A stretch of 64,000 nucleotides of DNA from Azolla caroliniana. Taxonomy: Eukaryota > Plantae > Polypodiophyta. The first letter of the stretch is position 1; the number at the start of each line of letters is the position of its first letter. Positions 13,482 through 24,994 of this stretch are shown piece after piece. The stretch lies in the NCBI GenBank assembly GCA_043228905.1, contig JBHGNT010000007.1:22506001-22570000 (forward strand), in the 5' to 3' direction. The notes beneath the pieces were generated by a model that did no database searches, was not told the origin of the DNA, and saw nothing but the letters and a program-made list of their open reading frames with translations. The translations under genes and the position numbers were made by a program.

Positions 13482-14515
13482 AGAAGGGTAGGGTTTAGAA
13501 ATAACAACAAAACAAAATGCAGGGGTATTTGAGAGATTCCAGAACCTCTTCTTCTTCAAGAAGAAGGGTAAGGTTTGGAAATAACAAAAAACCCAACAAA
13601 ACAAATGCAGGGGTATTTCGAAGATTCTAGATAGTAGACCTTCTTCTTCTTCTTCTTCGAGAAGGGTAAGGTTTGGAAATAACAAAAAAGGAACAAATCG
13701 AATGCAGGGGTATTTCGAAGATTCTAGAAGCTTCTTCTTCTTCTTCTTCGAGAAGGGTAAGGTTTGGAAATAACAAAAAATGAACAAATCGAATGCAGGG
13801 GTATTTCGAAGATTCTAGAAGCTGCTTCTTCTTCTTCGAGAAGGGTAAGGTTTGGAAATAACAAAAAATGAACAAATCGAATGCAAGGGTATTTCAAAGA
13901 TTCTAGAAGCTTCTTCTTCTTCTTCTTCGAGAAGGGTAAGGTTTGGAAATAACAAAAAACGAGCAAATCGAATGCAGGGGTATTTCGAAGATTCTAGAAG
14001 CTGCTTCTTCTTCTTCGAGAAGGGTAAGGTTTGGAAATAACAAAAAACGAACAAATCGAATGCAGGGGTATTTCGAAGATTCTAGATAGTAGACCTTCTT
14101 CTTCTTCTTCTTCGAGAAGGGTAAGGTTTGGAAATAACAAAAAACGAACAAATCGAATGCAGGGGTATTTCGAAGATTCTAGAAGCTGCTTCTTCTTCTT
14201 CGAGAAGGGTAAGGTTTGGAAATAACAAAAAACGAACAAATCGAATGCAGGGGTATTTCGAAGATTCTAGAAGCTTCTTCTTCTTCTTCTTCTTCTTCTT
14301 CTTCAAGAAGGGTAAGGTTTGGAAATAACAAAAAACGAACAAACCAAACCAAGGGGGAATTTCGAAGCTTCTAGAAGCTTCTTCTTCTTCTTCTTCTTCT
14401 TCTTCTTCTTCTTCAAGAAGGGTAAGGTTTGGAAATAACAAAAAACGAACAAACCAAACCAAGGAGGAATTTCGAAGCTTCTAGAAGCTTCTTCGTCTTC
14501 TTCTTCTTCTTCTTC
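13482..14515. repeat. Tandem array of 11 units of about 80-110 bp, each with a variable (CTT)n tract
   Basis: Unit agaagggtaaggtttggaaataacaaaaaacgaacaaatcgaatgcaggggtatttcgaagattctagaagc(ttc)n starting at about 13482, 13562, 13660, 13751, 13839, 13930, 14018, 14115, 14203, 14306 and 14416. Confidence 0.95.
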
Positions 14516-14526
14516 GCCATGTACAG

Positions 14527-16476
14527 ACAGACGTTACAGAAGACATGACCGAACGATGTGAGCTTCGAGACCTCGCCTTTGCCTTCCTCAGGTCCACATC
14601 TCCCCTCCATGGCCCCTCGCCAGAAGAGAGGATTTCCCTGCTTCGTCACTTCCACGACGCGTTTCTTCGCCTCGGCGACGTTGAGGTATGAAACTTTTCT
14701 TGTTGTTGTTGTCTTTCCGCTGGTTCTTTCTCCTGCACAAATCTTCGCAAGAAATGCGAAGATTTTTCGAAAACGCTTATGATCCATTTATGTATATGAG
14801 AGAATGAGAATTTCTTTATGTTTACTGTATTTTTCGGAGTAAGGAAGATTTTTAGAAAACGCTTATGATCCATTTATGTATATGAGAGAATGAGATTTTT
14901 TTTTTATGTTTACTGTATTTTTCTGAGATGTTTGGTCTTTCTTCTGCAGGGCCAGCTGGCACTAAGATACGAAATCCTTCTTCTATGCGATAAATCTCGC
15001 TCAGCGGGTGTTGATATCCGCAGCTGGATATCTTTTGCAGACGATTGTGTAGCTTCTGGATTCTTCAACAATGCTCTGAAGGTCTCGCATTTCATTTAGA
15101 ATCTTTCTGAGAGAAACATGTGAAGAAGAATTCGCATTACCTAGAGGACCGTTTACTAGAATACGGTTCAATCTTTATGTACATAATACAGGAAATGCTT
15201 GGATTATCGTATTCAGACATGAAACTTGTGTATCTTACTGAATACAGAATCCATGAAATTTGTATACTCTACTGCACAAAAATTCTTAAAAGCTAAGGAA
15301 GACATCCAAGAAACTTGTATGACATACTGTACGAAAATCCTTATAACAAAGAAAAACATCAACGAAACTTGCGTATCATACTGTATAATGTCAATGCCCT
15401 GAGTCATGGCATTATAAACTATGGAAAAACTTGGTGTCCAAACTATTTCTGGAAGGTGGTATTGTATCGTTAACGTGGGCTTTTACGAACATTTCATGTG
15501 TTTCTCTCAATAGCATTGTGCAATTAATAAGGCAGATTAAAGGCATTTTTTCAATTTTGTAACATGATAGTAGAATTAGTAAGTTTTCTCATGTTCTTAG
15601 GACAGAAATGTTTGATTAATATTTAACCTCCTGTGACTAGTGAGGACCATTTTCTGAGATGGACATCACATATGGAAGTACAATCATGAAGATTTGTTCG
15701 AAGTTTGTTCTCCTTACCATGGGAGTTGAATCATAAAGTCTTTGCATATCTTCTTAGGACCAAACAGTTTAATTAAGAATTAGATGACAGGTTGAAGTTG
15801 GTTTTTTTAACATGGGAGTAGAAAATAATCAAGTCTTTTCTTATCATCTCAGACCTACATGTCTAATGAAGAACAAGATGACCAGTCAAAACTATATTTG
15901 GAGTTACTTTTTCAATTTTGTAACAGTATAGTAGAAACATTAAGTTTTCTCATGTTCGTAGAACCAAACTCTTTAAATGATTAACATGAAACATCAAAAA
16001 ACAGTACTGGAAGTTGGTTTCATGACATGGAAGTTTAATTACAGAGATTTCTTATGTTTTTCTGAACTGAGACAACTAGCTAGCCCAAAGATGGCAGACC
16101 AAAATTGTTTCCATGAAAAATAGAATCATGGATGTTTCTCATGTTCTTTTGATGTTGATGTTTTGCGTAAGGCTAAGAATATTCATGTCTTTAGAGCTTG
16201 ACTAAGGATCCTGCGCATGTTCATGCTGGTTTTCTATAGGCATATGAAAGGGTGTTCACTTTACATCATTTCAGCCAAAATGCTGAGGAAGATACTGATG
16301 ATCAAAGCTCTCATCTTATGAAAACAATGGCGCTTTTGAGGCTTCACCTGAACAGAAATGCTTCTGGTAATTTCACCTGAAGTGTATGAATTATCACTTT
16401 ATTATCATGAACAAAATCATGTGAAAGGTGCTTCTGGTATATACATACATACATACATACGTGTACGTATGGATGT

Positions 16477-16508
<32 letters not shown>

Positions 16509-16853
16509 CATCACTTTACATTATGAAAATGATCTTAAAGGTGCATCTGTTATATCTATGTATGCAAATCATTACTTTGATATAATGGAAGAACAAATTG
16601 TTAAAAATAGGAAAACTAAAGTTTGAGCCATCATATTACAAATCTCATGAGATCACTCTTATGTATGTGTTGATTTTCAGCCGATATTGCCACTCGAAAA
16701 CCTAACAATAATAAAGAATCAGGATTACTATATGAGATTGCATGTGATGGAGATACATCATCAGATATACCAATAACTGCAACATCTAGATATATGATGG
16801 GCATCAAGCAAAGAGAGAAAGCAAAGCTACAGATGTTTGGTTTAAGGAGATAA
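14527..16853 (+). CDS. DFO: Spliced gene encoding a DFO (DOUBLE-STRAND BREAK FORMATION)-like meiotic protein
   Basis: GT-AG exons 14527 (or ATG 14545)-14685, 14950-15081, 16240-16366 and 16681-16853 join in frame: ..MTERCELRDLAFAFLRSTSPLHGPSPEERISLLRHFHDAFLRLGDVE|GQLALRYEILLLCDKSRSAGVDIRSWISFADDCVASGFFNNALK|AYERVF..RNAS|ADIA..ATSRYMMGIKQREKAKLQMFGLRR*. This matches recalled DFO motifs AF..LGD.E..LA.RYE.L, W..FA....GF and GI.KR...LQ. The first exon is uncertain. Confidence 0.75.
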
Positions 16854-19124
16854 AGTATAAAATTTCCCTGTGTCAATATGTCAAGTTGATTGTTTTTAAT
16901 GGGGGCACTAATATTGTTGAGCAATGCTCAAATTCTGCTAGTGAGGAAATTTCTCTTTTTATAAATGTCTGAAAATGATAGGAAATCATGAAAAGGTACC
17001 AAGCACCACAAACGTGGAGGTATGATTAGAGAAATTGTATGGAGAAATCATATCGATTTTGTCAGCTTTATAATTATTCCCAACCAATATAAGCTTGAAT
17101 TATTGTACCTTAAATCATGTTTATTCATGTGATACTATCTCAATAGAAGAATCAATTAATGTTCTTTCCATTTGTTGGCAATGTGGTCAAATCCCTATGC
17201 AACGTTTCTCTCACAGCCTACGGGCAAAATGTGCATTGTAATAGCAATGTGCATTAGTAAGATTCTTGAACAGCAAGAGACAATGCTCAATCAACACCAT
17301 CTTTCCTTGATGTTGTTGACCATGGTATGAAATTTTATCTCATGTTACTTTTGTGTTGTATGGATTATTGTTGACTTGATCATAGTTGTCTTATATCAAT
17401 ATTGTATCCATTATCTAAGTGACTTGCCAAGAAGAGAATATAGATATCTTGAAATAATAAGGCAAATGTGTTACAATTCATTATTTACTACTGAATTCCA
17501 TCACAAATTTATCAAATTGTTTCTCACTTCACAAATCTTTTTATAAATGTTTGGTTGTACCTTTTGTTATTGATGTCCAAGGTGTATTGTGATAATAGAG
17601 ATAAAGGCAAAAGATGGTAGATGTAAAGTTGTTTGGTGTGGAAGGTAGTTGTGGGTAGATGCCTTATTTGTCCCATTAATTTACCATCATATCAATATAA
17701 AAGGTAGGTCGTTGGCATCATGTCGATTAATGACTGCCTATCAACTCAATTAAAGCAATCTAATTTCTGAAATGACTTCATTGATATTCCATGTCAAAAA
17801 ACTATAAAAAAGAGTTTGGTACAACTCATGTATAAATTGGTTACATTATAATTTGTAATAAATAATTTACTTGTTGTCATGTCGTGATAGTTATCATTTC
17901 GCGATCTTTGCCTCTATAACCTAGAGAAGCGTGCAATTTGTCGGCATTCGTCCTTCGTGAATAGTTCACAACTTGATGATAATTCCTTAGTACCTTTTCT
18001 ATGACGTTCAACCTTTTGTTACTAACCTCATCTACTATGCCACCAATTCTATGCATATTTTTTTTGTCACCATCGGAGTCCATCATGTTACCCAATGAAC
18101 ATTATAAGTAAAGCATAAATAATCCATTAATGATTTAGTTGTTGTTTTCATTAAATAAATGACATTGTCACATAAGATCCTTCTTAAATCCTAGATTCAT
18201 TTATGATGACCTAGGCATGTTAAAACTTTTACACCATAGCCATTACAAAGTTCAATATGAATAATGTTGGGATGCATGTTAGATCCCCAACATTAAATGA
18301 TATGGTAGAGATAGGGCCAAAACCACACTTCTCTTTACCATTAAGCAACCAATGTAAGTAAAAGACATACTAAGCATACATTGTCGATAAGGGGACTTAC
18401 TCAACTTACTCAAAAATAAAAAAATAAATTGTGAGCATCAAACCCACATTTGAATTTATGATATGACTTTTAATGCTAGGAAGCTCACATTAGTAAACAT
18501 AAACCACGATCAACAGAACCTACATCTGACTTCACGGTATGATTTGTAAAAGACACAAAGCGAAATTTGGTACATCTGAATTCAAGGTGCCTCTTATAAT
18601 AAAATAGATAAATGATCCGCAATGAGTCCCAATCACATGAAAATTAAGATTAAGTAAATCATTATATCTAACCAAACATTAGGATCAATTCACAACATTT
18701 AGGTCACACTTTTGTTAATTACATTAATCTACAAAGAGCAATGGCTCAGATTCCAAATTAGCGATGCAAACACCATCTTATATCAACAATTTGCATCAAG
18801 GATTAACTTTCAAAGGAAAGGATGGTCAAAAGCATCTTCTTGACATTTGCTATTAGGTGCTTTTTGAGTATTGCCATTAACATTCGAAGATCTTGTTCTC
18901 TCATATCAAGAATGATAATAAGAATTATTTTGTTAGATTGTGAAGGACACTCAGAAAGTTTAATAAACACTCGAGATCATACGCTGAATCGGTTCTTTGC
19001 GTGGGATGAAGAATATTTTGTAACTATTTACAGTAAGGAAACCTGTTTTATTTGTGATTTTCTTATCTCACATTGAGGTTTCCTCAAGTAATATAATACA
19101 TTTGCAACACAAAAATGTTCATCG

Positions 19125-21701
19125 TCACTCGACTTCCGTTGCATGTTCGAACATGTGCAAACCAATCTCTACATCACCCCATTTTTGGCAAGCACGTAGA
19201 ATTGTATTGCAAACAACTTGATTAAGTTGAATAGACAAGCTATCTATCATTGCAAAGGCTTCATTTAGCTTTCCACATCTACCAAGAAGATCGAGTATCG
19301 AGTTATAGTGCTCAATCATTGGAATGATTCCATATACGTTGAAAAGCTCAAAACATTTGTACCCTTTATCCACAAGTCCATCATGATTGCATACAGACAG
19401 AATATTCAACAATGTAACTCCATCTGGCTTTGTGCCTTCTTCTTGCATCCTTTCAAACATAGAGAAAACATGGTCACTCTCTCCTTTACATGCATATCCT
19501 ATCATCAGAGCATTCCATGTCATCAGAGTCCGAACATGTAATGTGTCAAATAGGTATATGGATTCAGACATTGCGTCACATTTTGCATACATAACCACCA
19601 AAGTATTCTCCACAAATAAGTCTCCATCATATCCTTGTTTGATGATGCTTGAATGCAACATTCGCCCTTTATATAGTGCCCCAACGATGGCACACGCTTT
19701 CAAACCACAAATGAGTATGATATCGTCCAAAGCTCTACATTCTATTTCCATTTTCTGTATAAGATGCAAGGCTTCTTCCCCATGTCCGTGCTCAACATAC
19801 CCAGAAATTAATGCATTCCAACATATAATATCTCTCTCTAGAATCTCTTCGAATGTGGCGTTTGCTTCTTGAAGAAAACCCATGTTTGCATAAGCCTCGA
19901 GCAAAGCACCAACAACCCTAGGTTCACTTTCAAACCCTTCTTTTGCTATTTCCATGTGGACCCTTTGGAATCTACATTTGTTTCCCATGTTGCAACAAGA
20001 TTGCAAGAGGTACACAAATGTGACTGCATCGGGGAATATATCTTCGGAATGCATCATATCAAGAGAACTAAGCACATTGTCGTGAAACCCATTCTCGGCA
20101 AATGCTGAAATCAATGAATTCCACGATACTACATCTCTACATAGAATCCGAGAAAACGCTGATATTGATTCTTCAATTGCACCAGATTTCGCATACATGT
20201 ATACAATCGAGTTGGAAACAGAGATATCAAACTCAAACCCTCTTTTGAGAATTTCATTGTGTATTCCTTGGCCATCATGAAGGTCACCTTCTATGGCACA
20301 TGCCTTCAAAATGGAAGCATATACAACATCATTAGGAAGCAAGCCATCCATTTCCATCATTTTTGTCCACCAAGTTAGAGCTTCTTTACCGAACCCCCAC
20401 TCTACATATCCCGAGATTAATGCACCCCACAAAACAATATTTCTTGATTTCAACTTATCGAAAGCTACATGTGCTTCTGTAAGCCAACCACACTTTGCAT
20501 ACATATCCACCATAGCACTAGCAATAAACACATTGTTTTCATACCCTTCTTTCACTAACTTACCATAGATTTCTTGACCCTTACAAGGGTTTCCTAAGCT
20601 TCCACAAGCTTTCAAGACAAAAACAAAGGTGGGAACATTGGGTGACAACATCTGAAAGCACAAATTTTCCCAGAAGAGTAATACCTCTTGATTAAATCCA
20701 TGGGTTATATAGCCTCCCATTAATGCATTCCAAGATACTATATCTCTACCCAACAACCCATCAAACAAATATCGAGTTTCTTCAAAACAACCAAATCGCC
20801 CGTAAGTATCAAGCAGTGCATTGCCACAAAAGTTATCAGATTCAAAGCCAAATTTGACTACCTCGATATGGACTTTACGAGCTTCTACCACATTGTTAGA
20901 ACCTTTCAAACATCCATTAAATGTGATAATATCAGGAGAAAAACCCTGTGATTGCATCAATCCTAAGCATTCCAGGACCTGTTCGTAAGACCCACATTCC
21001 ACATACCCTAAGATAAGAGCATTCCAAGAAACCACATTTCGCAATGCAAGATTGTCAAGCAATTCGAGAGCTTCTAGAAACGACCCACTTTTTGCATACA
21101 AATCAATCAAACTACTACCAATGAATGGATCCTTCTCAAGATCTTCCTTAACAATCTCACAATGAATTTCTTGCCCTTTCTCAAGCCATTTCATCCTTGC
21201 ATAGCACTTCACTATAGCTTGGAATGTATACTTGCTAGGGTTAATACAATACTGTGACATTGCGTGAAACAAATCAAGGGCAATCTGAAAGCACCCATTT
21301 TCAACGTAGCCTTGTATTAATGAAGTCCACGAATGCTCTGTTCTTTGATATAACCTTAGAAAAGTTTGATAAGCGTAATGCAAACTTCCACATTCTACTA
21401 ACAAAGGAACAAAATAGTTACCAGTTACGGGGTGGATATCAAGCCCTATGCTACATATGTAGATATGCAGAGATTTAGCCAATTCTAGGTTTTTTATTTC
21501 TCTTATCTTTTGAAACGAAGAGATTAAATGTTTAATAGAAAGACCTGATAGCATACCATCATCTTTATGTGTATGAGGGCATGGTAAAGATTGTGGCCAG
21601 TTTTCTTCTTTTACTGCCCATGGATATGAGGGATTATCCAAGGAAATTTGTAGTGGAGGGGGATGCCATGGCCTCTCGGCAGATAGCTTGCACAAATCCA
21701 T
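19125..21701 (-). CDS. PLS-class pentatricopeptide repeat protein (organellar RNA-editing-factor type), 858 aa, ending in a partial E domain without DYW
   Basis: Repeated P-L-S triplets (VVSWNALI.GY, F..VLKAC, LVDMYAKCG), followed by EHYNSILDLLGRCGKL and E-like ILRACQKWGDVEIG; single exon. Confidence 0.93.
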   Translation of the reverse strand: MDLCKLSAERPWHPPPLQISLDNPSYPWAVKEENWPQSLPCPHTHKDDGMLSGLSIKHLISSFQKIREIKNLELAKSLHIYICSIGLDIHPVTGNYFVPLLVECGSLHYAYQTFLRLYQRTEHSWTSLIQGYVENGCFQIALDLFHAMSQYCINPSKYTFQAIVKCYARMKWLEKGQEIHCEIVKEDLEKDPFIGSSLIDLYAKSGSFLEALELLDNLALRNVVSWNALILGYVECGSYEQVLECLGLMQSQGFSPDIITFNGCLKGSNNVVEARKVHIEVVKFGFESDNFCGNALLDTYGRFGCFEETRYLFDGLLGRDIVSWNALMGGYITHGFNQEVLLFWENLCFQMLSPNVPTFVFVLKACGSLGNPCKGQEIYGKLVKEGYENNVFIASAMVDMYAKCGWLTEAHVAFDKLKSRNIVLWGALISGYVEWGFGKEALTWWTKMMEMDGLLPNDVVYASILKACAIEGDLHDGQGIHNEILKRGFEFDISVSNSIVYMYAKSGAIEESISAFSRILCRDVVSWNSLISAFAENGFHDNVLSSLDMMHSEDIFPDAVTFVYLLQSCCNMGNKCRFQRVHMEIAKEGFESEPRVVGALLEAYANMGFLQEANATFEEILERDIICWNALISGYVEHGHGEEALHLIQKMEIECRALDDIILICGLKACAIVGALYKGRMLHSSIIKQGYDGDLFVENTLVVMYAKCDAMSESIYLFDTLHVRTLMTWNALMIGYACKGESDHVFSMFERMQEEGTKPDGVTLLNILSVCNHDGLVDKGYKCFELFNVYGIIPMIEHYNSILDLLGRCGKLNEAFAMIDSLSIQLNQVVCNTILRACQKWGDVEIGLHMFEHATEVE

Positions 21702-22287
21702 CGCCCAAAAGATTGAAGCACAGCAAAGGAAAGCTCCAAGTGATCATACCTGTGAAGCAGAGAATCAGAAAGAATGGCATATGTGTGGGAACTTCTTCAT
21801 TTATACTGTCGACAAGAAATTTGGGTGGGCTAGGCTTCAAAGTGGAGACTCAACATGGACCATATGATGAAGAGCCTTGACCAGAATCACTACATATGTC
21901 TTTATGGCCATGGTTATGGCATGTCTTTGTGGCCATGGTTATAACTTATGGCCGGCACGCATGAGACAAATGGGCAGCATGTGACCCAACAAAACCCTAC
22001 ATTTCATGCGGCGCATGAATCATCGATCCAGATAGAACTGGTTTCTAAGAACAGTTTTTTCTAGGCCCTTTTGTTGACCTTGGTATACAAATCATTGACC
22101 ACGAGAAAGGTTCAATTGGAGGTTTGTTTTGCCTTAATGACCTGCTCTATGCTAAAATAGTCGGGCAATGAATCATAGAGAGATAGTGCGGTACAAGCTG
22201 CGAAGAGACAAAGAGAGTTTGATCAAAGTTATAGCCTTTTGTTGATGTTGAACTCTTTTCCAGTTACAAAATTTGTATTATAGTAAT

Positions 22288-22743
22288 TGTTATGAGCATA
22301 ACCATAACTTACATTGCGGTAGTTGTACTATAGTTTTCTACACATGAGAATAAGTGTGAGGGTTAATCAAGAATGTAACGAAGGAGGTGGATTACTTTTA
22401 ATCCCAAGGATTGAGACAATCCTTACTTTAGGTTCAAGTGTATCTAAGGGCCCTTGGGTTTGGCTATAAATTGAGGCCTAGCTATTCTCATTGGGGGGGC
22501 ATCATTGGACTATGTTGAGATTGTGATCTTGTGGTGAACAAACTCTTGTAGATAGCATGAGCCAATACTAGGTACAACTCGAACCCATAGTGGTGGTATG
22601 GGATGCCATTCAAGGCTCGGGTGCAGCTTGATCACGTCACTCATGGGTGGTCGAGTGGATCGAATCGTTTCTTTCTTTGTTTCTCTCTTTGTTTCTTTAT
22701 AAGTTTCCTTATTTTCATGCATACACTAGAATAAAGCTCTATA
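22288..22743 (+). mobile_element. Probable solo LTR
   Basis: Starts TGTTATGAGCATAACCATA, internal TATAAA at about 22465, flanked by GTAAT at 22283-22287 and 22744-22748; terminal CA is degenerate; shares ggtggtcgagtgg with the 7561 LTR. Confidence 0.55.
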
Positions 22744-23225
22744 GTAATGAGTGTAGTCATGGTGCAAAGTCACTAGCCACAAGAAAAGTAGGTTTAACAC
22801 TAACAACAACTTCGGAAGTGGAAAAGTAAAGAAATCTAAATCCAACTTGGCAATCAAAATAACTGAAGTAAATGATGTACCAAAACCATTAGAATATACT
22901 CATGCATACACTAGGGTTTAGGGTTTAGGGTTTAGGGCTCGGGTGCAGCTTGATCACGTCACTCATGGGTGGTCGAGTGGATCGAATCGTTTCTTTCTTT
23001 GTTTCTCTCTTTGTTTCTTTATAAGTTTCCTTATTTTCATGCATACACTAGAATAAAGCTCTATAGTAATGAGTGTAGTCATGGTGCAAAGTCACTAGCC
23101 ACAAGAAAAGTAGGTTTAACACTAACAACAACTTCGGAAGTGGAAAAGTAAAGAAATCTAAATCCAACTTGGCAATCAAAATAACTGAAGTAAATGATGT
23201 ACCAAAACCATTAGAATATACTCAT
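22614..23225. repeat. Identical 290-bp tandem duplication with a telomeric (TTTAGGG)n tract at the junction
   Basis: 22614-22903 equals 22936-23225; TAGGG(TTTAGGG)3 at 22912-22937. Confidence 0.95.
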
Positions 23226-24994
23226 ATCAAAACCTATGATCACATCCTTGCTTTGAGAATGTTTACATGGAGTCCAAATTGGAAGTGGTAAGCCCTTAAT
23301 CACAACTATTCATAAGTATATAGATCCCAAACTTATTGATCATCTCACGATGCAAAACTAGAATATGGCATGATTGCGACGAATCTATCGCCCTAGTTTT
23401 CTTGTGGCCAAAGATTTTGCATCCCATGAGAATATTGAAAAACAGTTCCCCATCTTCACTTTTCTTGCAAACAATGATTTTGCATCTTCTCAAGTAGTAT
23501 GAGTTGTTGGCTATTCAATATATATATATAGTTAGTTAGTTAGTTAGCTTCTTTAAAGCCAATTGTTCATAATTGGTAACCTCAAGTAAGATTGTGTAAA
23601 ATGAAGTACATGTTAGATCAAGTTGATGGTGGCATCTAAAACCATGTAACACTAATGGGCCAAATTGTGGATGTTTGGTTATAATACTTGTACAGAATCA
23701 TGCAATTTACTATATAAAGCAAATTGTTGAAAATAACGATAGTCATTTGTTCATGAAGTAGTCTAATGGATTAAAGCATTCACGTATAATTGATTGGCAA
23801 CTAAATGTAAAAAAGTAGATAGATGCCAAAATGTTCGTAGTTGAACCAAACCACCTAAACAATTTATCACATGTATGTGCCTTAAAGTATATTGGGCATG
23901 CAAAGGGAAGTAGCTCATCTCCTTCGAGAGGCATTAAATATCTCAAGCGAAAGATATCACACTACATTCCACATGTATGAGATTCTTGCCTTACACTTCA
24001 TTAATGTAGGTACAGTGTAATTCGTACTTTTCAGTTCATGATACCTTTTCTTATACAATGCATTAGTTAGCTCTTTGAAGCTATTATATTAGATATACCT
24101 ATTCTCGCGTGCATCATAATGGTAAAATGTTTGGGTGTACTATACAACATTCTCACCTTAATATATATTAGGTTCCTCCATCATGGGCATCATGGAAAAT
24201 ACTGACTAAAGACCATGAAAAAAATATCGTAATGTAATGAAAAAATCGAGAGATGTTCATTTGTCACATGATTATTAGATTCTCATATTATGTTTTGCAC
24301 ATGTGAGATGGATGACTAATTTTTATTATGAAAGAATTATAAGGTACAACAGAATCTCAGAACATGAATAACACAACACGAGAGTTAGAATGGATTGAAT
24401 TGGAAGTGATTTTTTTTTATTAACTCCGAAAAAGGCAAAGGGATGAATTGATAATGAGACCATCATCGAAATCTTGAATACTACAATCTTGCAAAACACA
24501 TGACATTGGCACATACACAGAGGGTTCTAAGTGTATGTGTGTGCGCGATTGAACCACACATATATACCTAGAAACCTAGGGACACACACACAAAAAGGAA
24601 AAGAAAAAATACAGAACAACACGTGCACATACATATACATAGAACCTTGGATGCGGATACATGCGGGGAACGACGTTGAGAGAGTTACACATTGTGTGCT
24701 CGCTCGCTATACAAGGGGGAGGGGGGCACGTTGTGCCGATAGACAAACTGATGGATGGATAAAGGTAGCGAGCGAGCGAGCGAGCAATAAAATGAATAGT
24801 TATAGTGATAATTGTTACGAGGTAATATGAGTGGGGGATGCCAATGGGGCTTAATAAGAGTAAGTTGGGGACATTGGGGTACGATATAGATAGATCTCAA
24901 ATTAAGTGCGGTGCGGGTGCGACACACACTTCTTTGGTCTTCTTCGCATCGCATTGCATTGGTAAATGCGAAGAAGAGCAATAATGCGAGGGGG

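Noticed and set aside
13241-14462. Many minus-strand poly-K/E/R ORFs
   Set aside because: They are translations of the (GAA)n-containing tandem repeat with no independent coding evidence.
13482-14515. CRISPR-like appearance of the regularly spaced array
   Set aside because: The variable parts are (CTT)n length variants rather than unique spacers, there are no cas genes, and the context is eukaryotic.
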